Assembly: GCA_963735035.1 (NCBI GenBank)
Contig: CAVTJJ010000006.1
Location: 128,001 to 192,000 of the forward strand
Origin: an uncultured candidate division Zixibacteria bacterium
GTDB lineage: Bacteria; Zixibacteria; MSB-5A5; GN15; FEB-12
DNA length: 64,000 nt
Reading direction: 5' to 3'
Shown here piece by piece: positions 1-9,461 of this stretch (within the stretch, counting starts at the first letter, position 1; each line of letters begins with the position of its first letter). Under the pieces are notes generated by a model that ran no database searches, was not told the DNA's origin, and saw only the letters and a list, made by a program, of their open reading frames with translations. The position numbers and the translations under genes were made by a program.

Positions 1-1
1 A

Positions 2-808
2 CTTGCCGCCGTTCACCTGCATCACGAAGACCCCGACGCCACCATGGTCGTATTGTCTTCGGACCATCTTATCCGGCCAGCGGAGAAACTGGTCAAGATT
101 ATCGAAGATGCCTGTGCTATCGCGGCGGCCGACAAATGCCTCATCACGATCGGCATCGTACCCACCCGGCCTGAGACCGGTTACGGCTATATTAAGATTG
201 GCGAACAATTCCGCTCCGACCTGGAGAACCAGGTGTACCACGTAGCCGCTTTCACGGAAAAACCGAAAGAGGTCGTGGCGCAGGAGTACTACTACAATCG
301 GAACTATCTCTGGAATTCGGGGATGTTTGTCTGGCGGGCGGATGCGATTCTGAGCGCCATTAAAGAATGTCGGAGCGAGATCGGGCGACTGCTCGATGAG
401 TACGCCCACGCGGTCGGGACACCTTCAGAGCTGTCGGCGCGAGAGAAACTATATGCTCGGGCCGAGTCGATTTCTATCGACTACGCTGTGCTCGAGACGG
501 CCCGCAACGTGTTGGCGATCCGGGCCGACATTGTCTGGGACGACGTGGGAAGCTGGCTGGCGCTGCAGCGCTACAAGGACGTCGATGGCGACAACAACGT
601 GGTCATAGGCGAAGCCATCCTGCGCGACACATATGAAACGACGATCTACAATGACTCACCCGGCATTATCGCCGCACTGGGTCTTTCAGACCTGGTCGTG
701 GTCAGGGCCGGTGATATTACCCTGGTGGCGCACAAGTCGAAGCTGGGCGATCTGAAAAAGCTCTTGCAGGAAATTGGGGACAATGAGTCCACTAAGAAAT
801 ATCTGTAG
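2..808 (+). CDS. manC: Mannose-1-phosphate guanylyltransferase, 5'-truncated by window edge
   Basis: Frame open from base 2; motifs SDH, PTRPETGYGYI, FTEKP, WNSGMF, SIDYAVLE, WDDVGSW. Confidence 0.92.
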   Translation, partial: LAAVHLHHEDPDATMVVLSSDHLIRPAEKLVKIIEDACAIAAADKCLITIGIVPTRPETGYGYIKIGEQFRSDLENQVYHVAAFTEKPKEVVAQEYYYNRNYLWNSGMFVWRADAILSAIKECRSEIGRLLDEYAHAVGTPSELSAREKLYARAESISIDYAVLETARNVLAIRADIVWDDVGSWLALQRYKDVDGDNNVVIGEAILRDTYETTIYNDSPGIIAALGLSDLVVVRAGDITLVAHKSKLGDLKKLLQEIGDNESTKKYL

Positions 809-1418
809 CTTCCCGGCCGCAGCCCTGGTCGTCGTGCTTTTGACAGGGTGCATGAAGCCTCAGGTGACGATTATCGAACAAGCCGATTCTGTTTCGTCGG
901 CTACGGTTGACCCACGTGGCTATGATCCCCTGGAACTGCCTCGTGACCGGGAGATTGTCCCGGCGCTCTTCCCTCGATCCGGTGACATTATTGGCAAGCA
1001 GGTGATTGTAGAGAAGAACCCGACGACGTCGGGCTCCGATACCGTTGCCTTTGAGGGGGGGCCGACAACCAGGACCTTCGACACTCTTAACAGCCAGTCG
1101 TATCGGGTGCAGGTGTTCACCGGTCTGGTATATGGCGAAGCCAGACAGGTGGCCAGGGTGGCCGAAGAAATCTTCGACCAGCCGGTGTATGTAGATTACG
1201 AGGTGCCCAATTTCAAAGTGCGTATCGGCAACTGGCCGGACCGGGCCTCGGCCGAAAAATACCAGCAAAAAGCGCGGGCGGTTGGCTACACCAACGCCTG
1301 GGTGGTCATGGCAGGGGTGAATATCAGAGAAGTTGCGCCTCTCTATGATGACCTTACTGGCAAATCCGGCGTCGGTGCTGACAGTACCGGGGATTCGGTT
1401 TCCGTCGATGGTCGCTGA
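783..1418 (+). CDS. SPOR-domain lipoprotein
   Basis: Lipobox LLTGC after a hydrophobic stretch; C-terminal YRVQVF...FKVRIG...AWVV SPOR pattern. Confidence 0.75.
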   Translation: MSPLRNICSFPAAALVVVLLTGCMKPQVTIIEQADSVSSATVDPRGYDPLELPRDREIVPALFPRSGDIIGKQVIVEKNPTTSGSDTVAFEGGPTTRTFDTLNSQSYRVQVFTGLVYGEARQVARVAEEIFDQPVYVDYEVPNFKVRIGNWPDRASAEKYQQKARAVGYTNAWVVMAGVNIREVAPLYDDLTGKSGVGADSTGDSVSVDGR

Positions 1419-2049
1419 ACCGGTACTAAGAGTTGATCCGGTCAATCCGGCTGAGACAATTCTGGAGAGAACGGCTGCGGTCCTGAGGCAGGGAGGTCTG
1501 GTGGTGGCTCCCACGGAGACTCGCTACGGCCTGCTGGCCAGGGCTGATCGGCAGGCGCCACTAGAGCGCGTGTACCGGGTCAAGAAACGAAGTTTGAACC
1601 AGGCGACCGCTATTTTGGTGCGCAGCCGGGAGGAATTAGCGATACTCGGAGTGCTGACTCCGGCAGCTCGTCGGCTTTCGACGGCGTTCCTGCCGGGTCC
1701 GCTGACACTGGTGTTGACCGCAAGGCAAGATTGGCCGCCGCCTCGGGTGGTGGACGGAAAGATCGGTCTGAGGTTGTCCTCGTCTCCGGTTATCGAAGGG
1801 CTGCTGAGCCGACTCGATTTTCCGTTGACCGCGACTTCGGCAAATATCTCCGGACAGGCAGACCCGGACGGTGTAGAAGAAATAGTGTCCCAGTTTGGCG
1901 ACTTAGTTGATTTGTATCTCGATGCCGGACCGTTGACCGGGTTAACATCGACCGTAGTTGATTGCTCCGTCGATCCCGCAGAGATCCTGCGTGAGGGAGC
2001 CGTCGCGAGGAAAGACATTGAAAGCTTGCTGAGTCGAATAGATGGCTGA
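1408..2049 (+). CDS. tsaC: L-threonylcarbamoyladenylate synthase (TsaC/Sua5/YrdC)
   Basis: PTETRYGL, KKR, PGPLTLVL, TSANISG, STVVD, ILREGA; ATG 1408 overlaps the upstream gene end. Confidence 0.92.
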   Translation: MVAEPVLRVDPVNPAETILERTAAVLRQGGLVVAPTETRYGLLARADRQAPLERVYRVKKRSLNQATAILVRSREELAILGVLTPAARRLSTAFLPGPLTLVLTARQDWPPPRVVDGKIGLRLSSSPVIEGLLSRLDFPLTATSANISGQADPDGVEEIVSQFGDLVDLYLDAGPLTGLTSTVVDCSVDPAEILREGAVARKDIESLLSRIDG

Positions 2050-2542
2050 CGTTAAGAAATACATGGTTTTGTTTGTGTGCAGCGGCAACACTTGTCGCTC
2101 ACCCATGGCGGAATATGCGCTGCGCATGCTCCTGGAAAAGGATCGCCCCGGTCTGGCGGAAGTGATGTCGGCCGGAACGCTCGGGTTGCGGAATCAGCCG
2201 GCTACGCTGTATGCCCAGGAAGCCGCTAAGATTTGGGATCTCGACCTATCGAAACATCGGTCGCAGGCGCTGACCCAGGAATTGATCGCGCAGGCCGATC
2301 TCATCTTCGCGATGACAGCCGATCACCATGCCGAGATTGTCAAACTGGATCGCCGGGCGGCCGACAAGACTTATTTATTGAAGAACTTCCCCGACAAGTC
2401 ACCTGAGGGTGAAGCTGTGGCCGATCCGATCGGGATGGAGCTGGAGTACTACAACGAAGTTTTTCTTGAAATCGGCGAGTATCTGGGCAAACATCTTCCC
2501 GAAATTGTCAAACTGGTAGATTCGAAGCGAGATGGTCGGTAA
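2042..2542 (+). CDS. Low-molecular-weight protein arginine/tyrosine phosphatase (YwlE-like)
   Basis: P-loop CSGNTCRSPMAE and DPIG; adjacent to tsaC as in ywlC-ywlE. Confidence 0.88.
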   Translation: MADVKKYMVLFVCSGNTCRSPMAEYALRMLLEKDRPGLAEVMSAGTLGLRNQPATLYAQEAAKIWDLDLSKHRSQALTQELIAQADLIFAMTADHHAEIVKLDRRAADKTYLLKNFPDKSPEGEAVADPIGMELEYYNEVFLEIGEYLGKHLPEIVKLVDSKRDGR

Positions 2543-3368
2543 GAAGTTTATAGTTCACGGCGTTCTGCTCGTGCTCCTCTTTATCGGGTTGTTCCCGATC
2601 TTCTATTTCTCAGCTCTCAGGCTGGGCCAGGCCGAAGCGGCTCAGGGTGAACCGATCACGGACACGACGAATCCGATTGGTCGTTCAGTCGATAACATGG
2701 CTTTCGGGGTTGGGGAGAAGCTTTCCTTCGAAATCAAGTATGGATTTATCAGCGCCGGTACTGCCACGATGGAAGTCTCCCGGCTAGTCGAGTATGAGGG
2801 GCGTCCGTGCTATCAGATCGTTACCAAGGCCAACTCCAACAGTTTCTTCTCGAGCGTCTATAAGGTCGAGGACCGGGTCGAGTCGATTATGGATGCAGCC
2901 GGTTTGTATTCATGGAGATTCGAGAAGATATTGCGCGAGGGCAACTATCGTTCCGACCGTCAATACGATTTGGATCAACGCAACCACCGGGTGATAAACA
3001 AGAACGACACGATTTCAATCCCGTCTTTCACTCAGGATGCTCTCTCAACTATGTACTACGTTCGAACCCAGCCGCTTGAGGTGGGGAAGTCAGTTTTCAT
3101 CGATGACTTCATTGACGGCAAGCTGTACCATCTCGAAGCCAAGGTACTCGACCGGGAAACGGTCACGGTGGAAGCAGGCTCGTTTGATTGCTTTGTGATC
3201 GAGCCGATTACCCAATCGGTCGGTATTTTCAAACATGAGGGAAAGCTGAAAATCTGGCTGACCGCCGATCGACTTCGCATGCCGGTACTCATGAAATCAA
3301 AAGTAATGGTCGGTTCCATAGCGGTCGAACTGACCGACTACAAGTTGGGCAGTCTCGAAGAATTCTAA
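2532..3368 (+). CDS. DUF3108-like exported protein
   Basis: N-terminal hydrophobic helix; GEKLSF..YG, QDALS..YY.R, V.AG.F.C, IWLT.D..R.PV pattern. Confidence 0.7.
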   Translation: MVGKKFIVHGVLLVLLFIGLFPIFYFSALRLGQAEAAQGEPITDTTNPIGRSVDNMAFGVGEKLSFEIKYGFISAGTATMEVSRLVEYEGRPCYQIVTKANSNSFFSSVYKVEDRVESIMDAAGLYSWRFEKILREGNYRSDRQYDLDQRNHRVINKNDTISIPSFTQDALSTMYYVRTQPLEVGKSVFIDDFIDGKLYHLEAKVLDRETVTVEAGSFDCFVIEPITQSVGIFKHEGKLKIWLTADRLRMPVLMKSKVMVGSIAVELTDYKLGSLEEF

Positions 3369-3372
3369 GCTT

Positions 3373-4335
3373 ATGGCGAAATCTTCCAAGCCCTATCGTC
3401 CGGTCGATTTGTCTCATGTCAAGCGGTACTCCTTGGCGCGTCGCCGAAACAAAGCGACTCCGGACCGGTTCGGCCGGCCGCTGCCGGCGACAGCGCAGAC
3501 TGGTCGTTTCTTTGAGTCGCTCCCGAAGTATCTTAAGGCAGCCGACCTCAACGCATTTATTGAGCGGGTCGCGCAGGCCCGTGCGAAAGGCCGACCGTTT
3601 CATCTGCTCATGGGGGCGCATCCGATCAAAGTAGGGTTGTCGCCGATCATCATTGACCTGATGAAACGACAGATTGTGACCGGACTGTCTTTCAATGGCG
3701 CCGGCCTGATTCACGATCTCGAGCTGGCTCACTTCGGAGGGACTTCGGAAGACGTCCAGGAAGGGCTATCCGATGGAAGTTTCGGCATGCTGACCGAGAC
3801 GGCCGAGCTGTACGCCGAAGTCTGTGATGTCGCAGTGGCGCGACGCCGTGGTCTCGGGGACGCGGCCGGTTGTCTGGTCGAACATCATAAGGCTCCCGGT
3901 CGGAAGATGTCGCTGTTTGCCGCCGCCTACCGTTTGGGTCTGCCTGTCACGGTTCACGTGGGGATCGGCACCGATATCGTTTCCCAGCACCCTGATTTCG
4001 ACGGCGCCAAAGCGGGAGAAGCCTCCCATCGCGATTTTCGAATCCTGGCCGCGGTCTGCGCCGATCTTGACAGAGGCGGCGTTCTGGCCAATATTGGCTC
4101 GGCCGTGATGCTTCCGGAAGTCTTCCTTAAGGCGCTGACGGTGGCTCGAAACCTGCATCCGGGAAAGAGCCGGCTGACTACGGCCAATTTTGATATGATC
4201 GAGCACTACCGTCCGAGAGTAAACGTGGTGACCCGCCCGACCCAGGGCGCCGGCAAAGGTTACAATTTTGTCGGCCATCACGAAATCATGCTCCCGTTGC
4301 TCGCCTGGGGTTTGAAAAGTCGGGTCGATAAGTAA
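3373..4335 (+). CDS. Conserved protein, deoxyhypusine-synthase-like
   Basis: MGAH.IKVGL, IHD.E.A..G.TSEDV, GSAVMLPEVFLKAL, GHHEIM conserved blocks; function uncertain. Confidence 0.5.
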   Translation: MAKSSKPYRPVDLSHVKRYSLARRRNKATPDRFGRPLPATAQTGRFFESLPKYLKAADLNAFIERVAQARAKGRPFHLLMGAHPIKVGLSPIIIDLMKRQIVTGLSFNGAGLIHDLELAHFGGTSEDVQEGLSDGSFGMLTETAELYAEVCDVAVARRRGLGDAAGCLVEHHKAPGRKMSLFAAAYRLGLPVTVHVGIGTDIVSQHPDFDGAKAGEASHRDFRILAAVCADLDRGGVLANIGSAVMLPEVFLKALTVARNLHPGKSRLTTANFDMIEHYRPRVNVVTRPTQGAGKGYNFVGHHEIMLPLLAWGLKSRVDK

Positions 4336-4357
4336 ATCGACCGCGGAGTCTTTCGAA

Positions 4358-5884
4358 ATGGCCAAGCTGGTTGAATGTGTTCCCAATTTCTCTGAGGGGC
4401 GTCGCCCCGAAGTCGTCAAAGCTATCGTAGCCGCTATTGAGGCGGGAGATTCCGTCAAAGTCATAGACTATGAAATGGACGCCGATCACAATCGGGCGGT
4501 GGTTACTTTCGTCTGCCACCCGAACCTGGCCGTCGATGCCGCCTTTCGCGGCTACAAGAAAGCGGCCGAATTGATCGACATGAGCAGCCACACCGGAGGT
4601 CACCCGCGGATGGGCGCCTGTGATGTTTGCCCGTTTATACCTCTGGGTGAAACCACTGAAGAAGAAGCTATCGAGCTAGCCCACAACCTGGGTAAGAGGG
4701 TGGGGGAAGAACTTCAGATTCCGGTCTATCTGTACGAGAAGGCCGCTACGAGTCCGAAACGCCGCAACCTGGCCAACGTCCGGCAGGGACAGTACGAAGG
4801 CATTCGGGACAGCATCGAGACTGACCCGGCCCGCAGACCGGACTATGGTCCCGCTAAGATGAATCTCAAGTCCGGCGCCACGGCGATCGGGGTCAGGTTC
4901 TTCCTGGTGGCGTTCAATGTCTATCTCGATTCCAACAAGCTGGAGATCGCACAAAAGATCGCCGATGCGGTTCGCTCGATCAAAGGCGGCTATCGGTTCG
5001 TCAAGGCGATGGGTGTGGAGATCAAGGATCGTAATCAGGTGCAGATTTCGATGAACCTGGTGGATTTCTCACGGACGCCTGTATTCAGAGTGTTTGAGAC
5101 GATCAAGAGCGAAGCGGCCCGCTACGGTGTCAACGTGGTGTCGTCCGAGATAGTCGGCATGATACCCAACGATGCCCTCGTTGCGGTATCCGACTTCTAT
5201 ATGCGCTTTGAGCACTTTTCCAAAGAGCAAATCCTTGAAGAAAAGCTGGCCAGTCTGGCGCCAGGCGGCGGATCAGGCGGCCCCAGTTTCTACGATGAGG
5301 TCGCGTCGGTATCGCCCGCCCCCGGTGGCGGTTCGGTGGCGGCGTCGGCGGGGGCCCTGTCGGCCGCGCTGGCAGCGATGGTGGGACGATTGACCATCAC
5401 GAAGAAGAAATACGCCGATGTGAAAGATGAAATGGCGGCGGTTCGCGACCAGGCCGATGGACTTCGGTCTGAACTGACCCGGCTTATCGACACCGACAAA
5501 GATGCTTTTATGTCAGTCATGGCCGCTTTCAAGCTGCCCAAGGGTTCTGAAGAGCAGCAGATTCTGCGCGATAAGACAGTCCAGGAAGCCACCCAACGCG
5601 CCGCCCAGGTGCCGCTGGATGTCATGAAGAAATCGCTCGCGGCTCTGCAACTCGCGAGAGTTGTTGCTGAGAAGGGGAATGAGAACTCTATAACTGACGC
5701 GGGCGTGGCCGGCCTTATGGGACTGGCGTCGGTGGAAGGCGCCCGGTATAACGTCCGCATCAATTTGACTTCGCTTACCGACCCGGCCTTCGTAGAACAT
5801 CTCAAGACCGAATCCGACAAGGTGGTCGGTGAGGCTCGGGATGTGGCCGCTCATATCCGCAAAATGGTGGAAGCCAAGCTTTAG
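4358..5884 (+). CDS. ftcD: Glutamate formimidoyltransferase / formiminotetrahydrofolate cyclodeaminase
   Basis: ECVPNFSEGR, DHNR, HPRMGA.DV.PF; C-terminal PAPGGGSVAA and NVRINL cyclodeaminase domain. Confidence 0.95.
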   Translation: MAKLVECVPNFSEGRRPEVVKAIVAAIEAGDSVKVIDYEMDADHNRAVVTFVCHPNLAVDAAFRGYKKAAELIDMSSHTGGHPRMGACDVCPFIPLGETTEEEAIELAHNLGKRVGEELQIPVYLYEKAATSPKRRNLANVRQGQYEGIRDSIETDPARRPDYGPAKMNLKSGATAIGVRFFLVAFNVYLDSNKLEIAQKIADAVRSIKGGYRFVKAMGVEIKDRNQVQISMNLVDFSRTPVFRVFETIKSEAARYGVNVVSSEIVGMIPNDALVAVSDFYMRFEHFSKEQILEEKLASLAPGGGSGGPSFYDEVASVSPAPGGGSVAASAGALSAALAAMVGRLTITKKKYADVKDEMAAVRDQADGLRSELTRLIDTDKDAFMSVMAAFKLPKGSEEQQILRDKTVQEATQRAAQVPLDVMKKSLAALQLARVVAEKGNENSITDAGVAGLMGLASVEGARYNVRINLTSLTDPAFVEHLKTESDKVVGEARDVAAHIRKMVEAKL

Positions 5885-5887
5885 TAC

Positions 5888-6724
5888 ATGCCCGACTGTA
5901 TCGATCTTCATTTGCATACGACTCTTTCCGATGGCGCCCTGACTCCGGCGGAATTGCTGGACAAGGTGCGCGCGGCATCGCTCGCGGCGTTCGCGGTGGC
6001 GGATCACGATACGGTCGAAGGGTATCGCCAGATGCGGACGCTGCTTGTCAAGGGTGACCCGGAACTGGTGACCGGACTCGAATTGTCGGTCTCAGTGAAT
6101 GGTTCCGATCTGCACATGCTGGCTTATTTGTTCGACCCCGATTATGACGAACTCGCTGAGACGCTGGGTAGATTTCAGGAAGCACGGAACCTGAGGGGGG
6201 ATAAGATGGTAAAAAAGCTAAATGAGCAGGGTTTGAACCTGCGGTTCGAAGCGGTGCTGAAAGCCGCCAACGGGTCGGCTATCGGACGACCGCACATTGC
6301 CGAAGCAATGGTCAAGCAGGGATTGGTGGGAAGTTTTGAAGAGGCTTTCCGCAAACATATCGGAGACCATCGTCCGGCGTATATTCCAAAAAGTATGATA
6401 AGTCCAGAGGAAGCCATTTCATTGATTCATCGCGCCGGCGGTCTCGCCGTGTTGGCTCATCCTTACATCAATGACATGCACCGATTTGTGCCGTCACTGG
6501 TCCAGCAGGGCCTCGACGGACTGGAAGTATACCACTATTCCAATAACCTCCAGCAAGTGCAGGAACTCAAGCGGCTGGCCGCAAGACACAATCTCCTTAC
6601 GACCGGTGGGTCGGATTTTCATGGCCGACAGGAGCACGAAGGGGAAATAGGGGCGTATCAGGTACCGATCGAGTACCTTACTGCCATGAGAGAACGCGTC
6701 CTTGAAATTCGAGGCAGAGTTTGA
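5888..6724 (+). CDS. PHP-domain phosphoesterase (TrpH/YciV family)
   Basis: DLHLHT..SDG, DHDT, GRPHIA, LAHP, GGSDFHG. Confidence 0.9.
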   Translation: MPDCIDLHLHTTLSDGALTPAELLDKVRAASLAAFAVADHDTVEGYRQMRTLLVKGDPELVTGLELSVSVNGSDLHMLAYLFDPDYDELAETLGRFQEARNLRGDKMVKKLNEQGLNLRFEAVLKAANGSAIGRPHIAEAMVKQGLVGSFEEAFRKHIGDHRPAYIPKSMISPEEAISLIHRAGGLAVLAHPYINDMHRFVPSLVQQGLDGLEVYHYSNNLQQVQELKRLAARHNLLTTGGSDFHGRQEHEGEIGAYQVPIEYLTAMRERVLEIRGRV

Positions 6725-8934
6725 AGAAATCAATCTGTTTGGCACTGGGTGTGATTCTGGCGGCGGCGCTGAGCATCGCGGCGGAAGACTTGACGTTGGA
6801 ACAGCAGCGGGGAATTATCGAGCGGTACATGTACGTTACGGGTCAGACGCCGCCCGCGCCGGCGTCGCTGGTGGATCAAGCTGCCCGAGCTGAACGGCCC
6901 GAAAAATGCGGTACCCCCGCAATTCTGGATTTCGAGCGCAATCGCGACCGGCTGGATCGTGGCCTGATGCAGGCTATGGGTGTCCTACCGGCCAGTCGGC
7001 CCGTGTGTGATACTTCCTACGGAGTTCCTGGAGGCTACACGCTCATCCATTATGACACTTCAGGTGCCGCCGCACCCTGGCAGGTGCGGGTAGATGAGGA
7101 CCATGACGGAGTGCCCGATTACGTCGAAAGCCTCGCCATGATCGCCGACTCGTGCTATGTTCACGAAGTCGATACGCTCGGCTATCCTCGGCCGCTGAAT
7201 GATTCCTTTTGCAGGGAGGGCGGTGACGCTCGGGTTGATATCTATATCGATTCGATGCGGGCGGGAATGTACGGAACAACCGACTCGGAGGCCGATTGCG
7301 ACAGCGCCACATACCTGCATCAGGGCGCCTGGATAACAATCGATCGCGACTTTCAGCAGATACCTCAATATAGAGGTCGCCCTCTTGACGCTGCCCGGGT
7401 GACTTTGGCCCATGAGCTGTTTCATACCATCCAATTCAATATTAATGTCAGCGAGCACGTTACCTGGATGGAGATGACCGCGGTCTGGATGGAAGAGGAA
7501 ATCTACGATCAAATCAATGACTACTATTTGTACGACTCACTCTTCTTCTTCAATCCCAGGACTTCTCTGCAAGACACCATCGACACGTATCACAAATACC
7601 AGGCGGTGGTGTTTCCGATTTATCTCAGTGAAAAATATGGACGCGATATCATCAAGGCGGTGTGGCATCGCTCTGAAGCATTCGATTATGGATGGAACTA
7701 TCTTAAGGCGGTAGACTCCATGGTCGATTCGGCGAGTCAGAGCCCGGCCCACGCCGAATACCGGTGTCTATGTCGAGACAATAACGGCGATCAATGCTTG
7801 GAAATGGATACGTTGCCGATTCGACAGAACTTGGCATCTGCCATGGCTGAGTTCGCGGTCTGGAATTTCTTCACCGGCCCTTACGCCGCCCAGGCCCCTA
7901 ACGGTATCGGGTACAGCGAAGGATCTCATTATTCCAGCATTCCTCTCGACAGTCTTGACATACGTAGAGAGTATCCTACCTGCACTACAGCGGATCCTCC
8001 CTGCACTATAGCGGATCCTACCTTACTCCCGAGTCCCAACGGGACCGCCTACATACGGCTGGAAAATATTCAGGCGATGAATCTCGATTCTTTGCTGTCG
8101 ATGTATGTTGTTCCTGAACCCGATCCGGTTCTTCGCTGGGGGGTGACTGCCATTTATCAGTTGGAGAATCAACCCGATTCCTACGTGGTTGTTTCTGACG
8201 TGGTTGACACCTTTAAGACATGGGCCTGCACCGATTCGGTCAGCGCCGATTGTTCGAGCTGGATCTGCACAGATTCGACCCTGTATCAGGGGGGCCGGTT
8301 TCTGGGGGACATGCTCGGAGACTGGACCTGTCTGCGATGCAAAGATCCGGTGAGTTGCGTCTGCCCGCTCGATTCCCCCAGGGTCTGTTCCGACACTACC
8401 ACTTGCGCCGATTCGGCCCGGGTCATCAATCTGCATTCATATCGATCGGTTACTCTGGTTCTCACGCCAAGCACGCGGATCGTGGGTCCATTTCTTTTCG
8501 GGAATCTCGTTCCAGTCAAATTCGGTATTTTCAACAGATCAACGGTTGATGAAAACCTGGTCGATCTGACTCCGGCGGTGTTGACGCCTTACCCCAACCC
8601 GGCGGTGGTTAGTGAGATGAACGGCCAGGAACTGGTTTTCAGATACCGGGCGAGCACCGACAGTCTGAGCTTTGCCGCGACGACCAATCCCATACTTGAG
8701 TTGGAAATCTATACGGTTGCGGGTGAACTGGTCCGCACGATGGAAGTTCCTTTCGGCGACGATCGTTATGGTCCTCGTCCGGGCGGCGGCTATGATATCG
8801 GTTGGGATATGAAGAACCAGTCAGGGAAGGATGTTGCATCGGGAGTATACCTGGCGATAGCCAGGTTGTTTGACGGCGGTCATAGGAAGTTGCAGTTAGT
8901 CGAAAAGCAGGTCAAGGTCGCTGTGATCCGATGA
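6721..8934 (+). CDS. Secreted putative zinc metalloprotease (MXAN_6640-like) with Cys-rich insert and C-terminal FlgD-Ig/T9SS-like domain
   Basis: Signal peptide; KCGT; HELFH..Q and W..E.TA.WME; PYPNP...IYTVAGELVR...WDMKNQSG..VASGVY tail. Confidence 0.7.
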   Translation: MKKSICLALGVILAAALSIAAEDLTLEQQRGIIERYMYVTGQTPPAPASLVDQAARAERPEKCGTPAILDFERNRDRLDRGLMQAMGVLPASRPVCDTSYGVPGGYTLIHYDTSGAAAPWQVRVDEDHDGVPDYVESLAMIADSCYVHEVDTLGYPRPLNDSFCREGGDARVDIYIDSMRAGMYGTTDSEADCDSATYLHQGAWITIDRDFQQIPQYRGRPLDAARVTLAHELFHTIQFNINVSEHVTWMEMTAVWMEEEIYDQINDYYLYDSLFFFNPRTSLQDTIDTYHKYQAVVFPIYLSEKYGRDIIKAVWHRSEAFDYGWNYLKAVDSMVDSASQSPAHAEYRCLCRDNNGDQCLEMDTLPIRQNLASAMAEFAVWNFFTGPYAAQAPNGIGYSEGSHYSSIPLDSLDIRREYPTCTTADPPCTIADPTLLPSPNGTAYIRLENIQAMNLDSLLSMYVVPEPDPVLRWGVTAIYQLENQPDSYVVVSDVVDTFKTWACTDSVSADCSSWICTDSTLYQGGRFLGDMLGDWTCLRCKDPVSCVCPLDSPRVCSDTTTCADSARVINLHSYRSVTLVLTPSTRIVGPFLFGNLVPVKFGIFNRSTVDENLVDLTPAVLTPYPNPAVVSEMNGQELVFRYRASTDSLSFAATTNPILELEIYTVAGELVRTMEVPFGDDRYGPRPGGGYDIGWDMKNQSGKDVASGVYLAIARLFDGGHRKLQLVEKQVKVAVIR
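7981..8022 (+). repeat. 21-bp in-frame tandem duplication (CTTADPP/CTIADPT)
   Basis: tgcactacagcggatcctccc followed by tgcactatagcggatcctacc. Confidence 0.85.
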
Positions 8935-9461
8935 CTTCCCGGGTCAGACTAGTTGCGCGCATTGCCCTGTTGTCAGCTCTGATTTACGTCTTGTCATGGG
9001 CGACGTCGTACTTTCCGAGCGTCAATGCGGCCTATTTTGTGGCTTTTTCCGCCGGTTGCCTTTGGGGGTTCGGCCCCGGGGCGGCGGTAGGGGCACTGGG
9101 GATGTGGCTCTGGACCAGTTTCAATCCCCTCGGTCCGGCCCCGTTGCCGATTGCCCTGGCGCAGATATTCGGTATGGCGATCTGCGGGTGTCTTGGCCCG
9201 TTCTTTCGCTTCCTCTTGAAGGATTCCCGACAATCGCTTCTATTCTGGCCCTGGCTTATTCTGGCCGCAACCGCGTGTACGATCATTTATTATCTGCCGG
9301 TCACCATTATCGACGCCTGGCTGTTTCAGCCGTTCTGGCCCCGCATCGTGATCGGTCTCCCGTTTGTTGGGATCTCTCTGGTGGCCAACGCCGTCATTTT
9401 CCCGTTGCTTTTTGGCGCTACACGACGGATATCTGAACGTGATGGTACCCTTGATGGCTGA
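8931..9461 (+). CDS. ECF-transporter S-component-like membrane protein
   Basis: 176 aa, about 5-6 TM; ALLSAL (AxxxA) in TM1, P.VN, G...G...GA.VG, NPLG. Confidence 0.6.
   Translation: MTSRVRLVARIALLSALIYVLSWATSYFPSVNAAYFVAFSAGCLWGFGPGAAVGALGMWLWTSFNPLGPAPLPIALAQIFGMAICGCLGPFFRFLLKDSRQSLLFWPWLILAATACTIIYYLPVTIIDAWLFQPFWPRIVIGLPFVGISLVANAVIFPLLFGATRRISERDGTLDG

Noticed and set aside
7969..8022. Short direct repeats as CRISPR or mobile-element ends
   Set aside because: Only two in-frame copies inside a CDS, with no spacers, cas or transposase genes.
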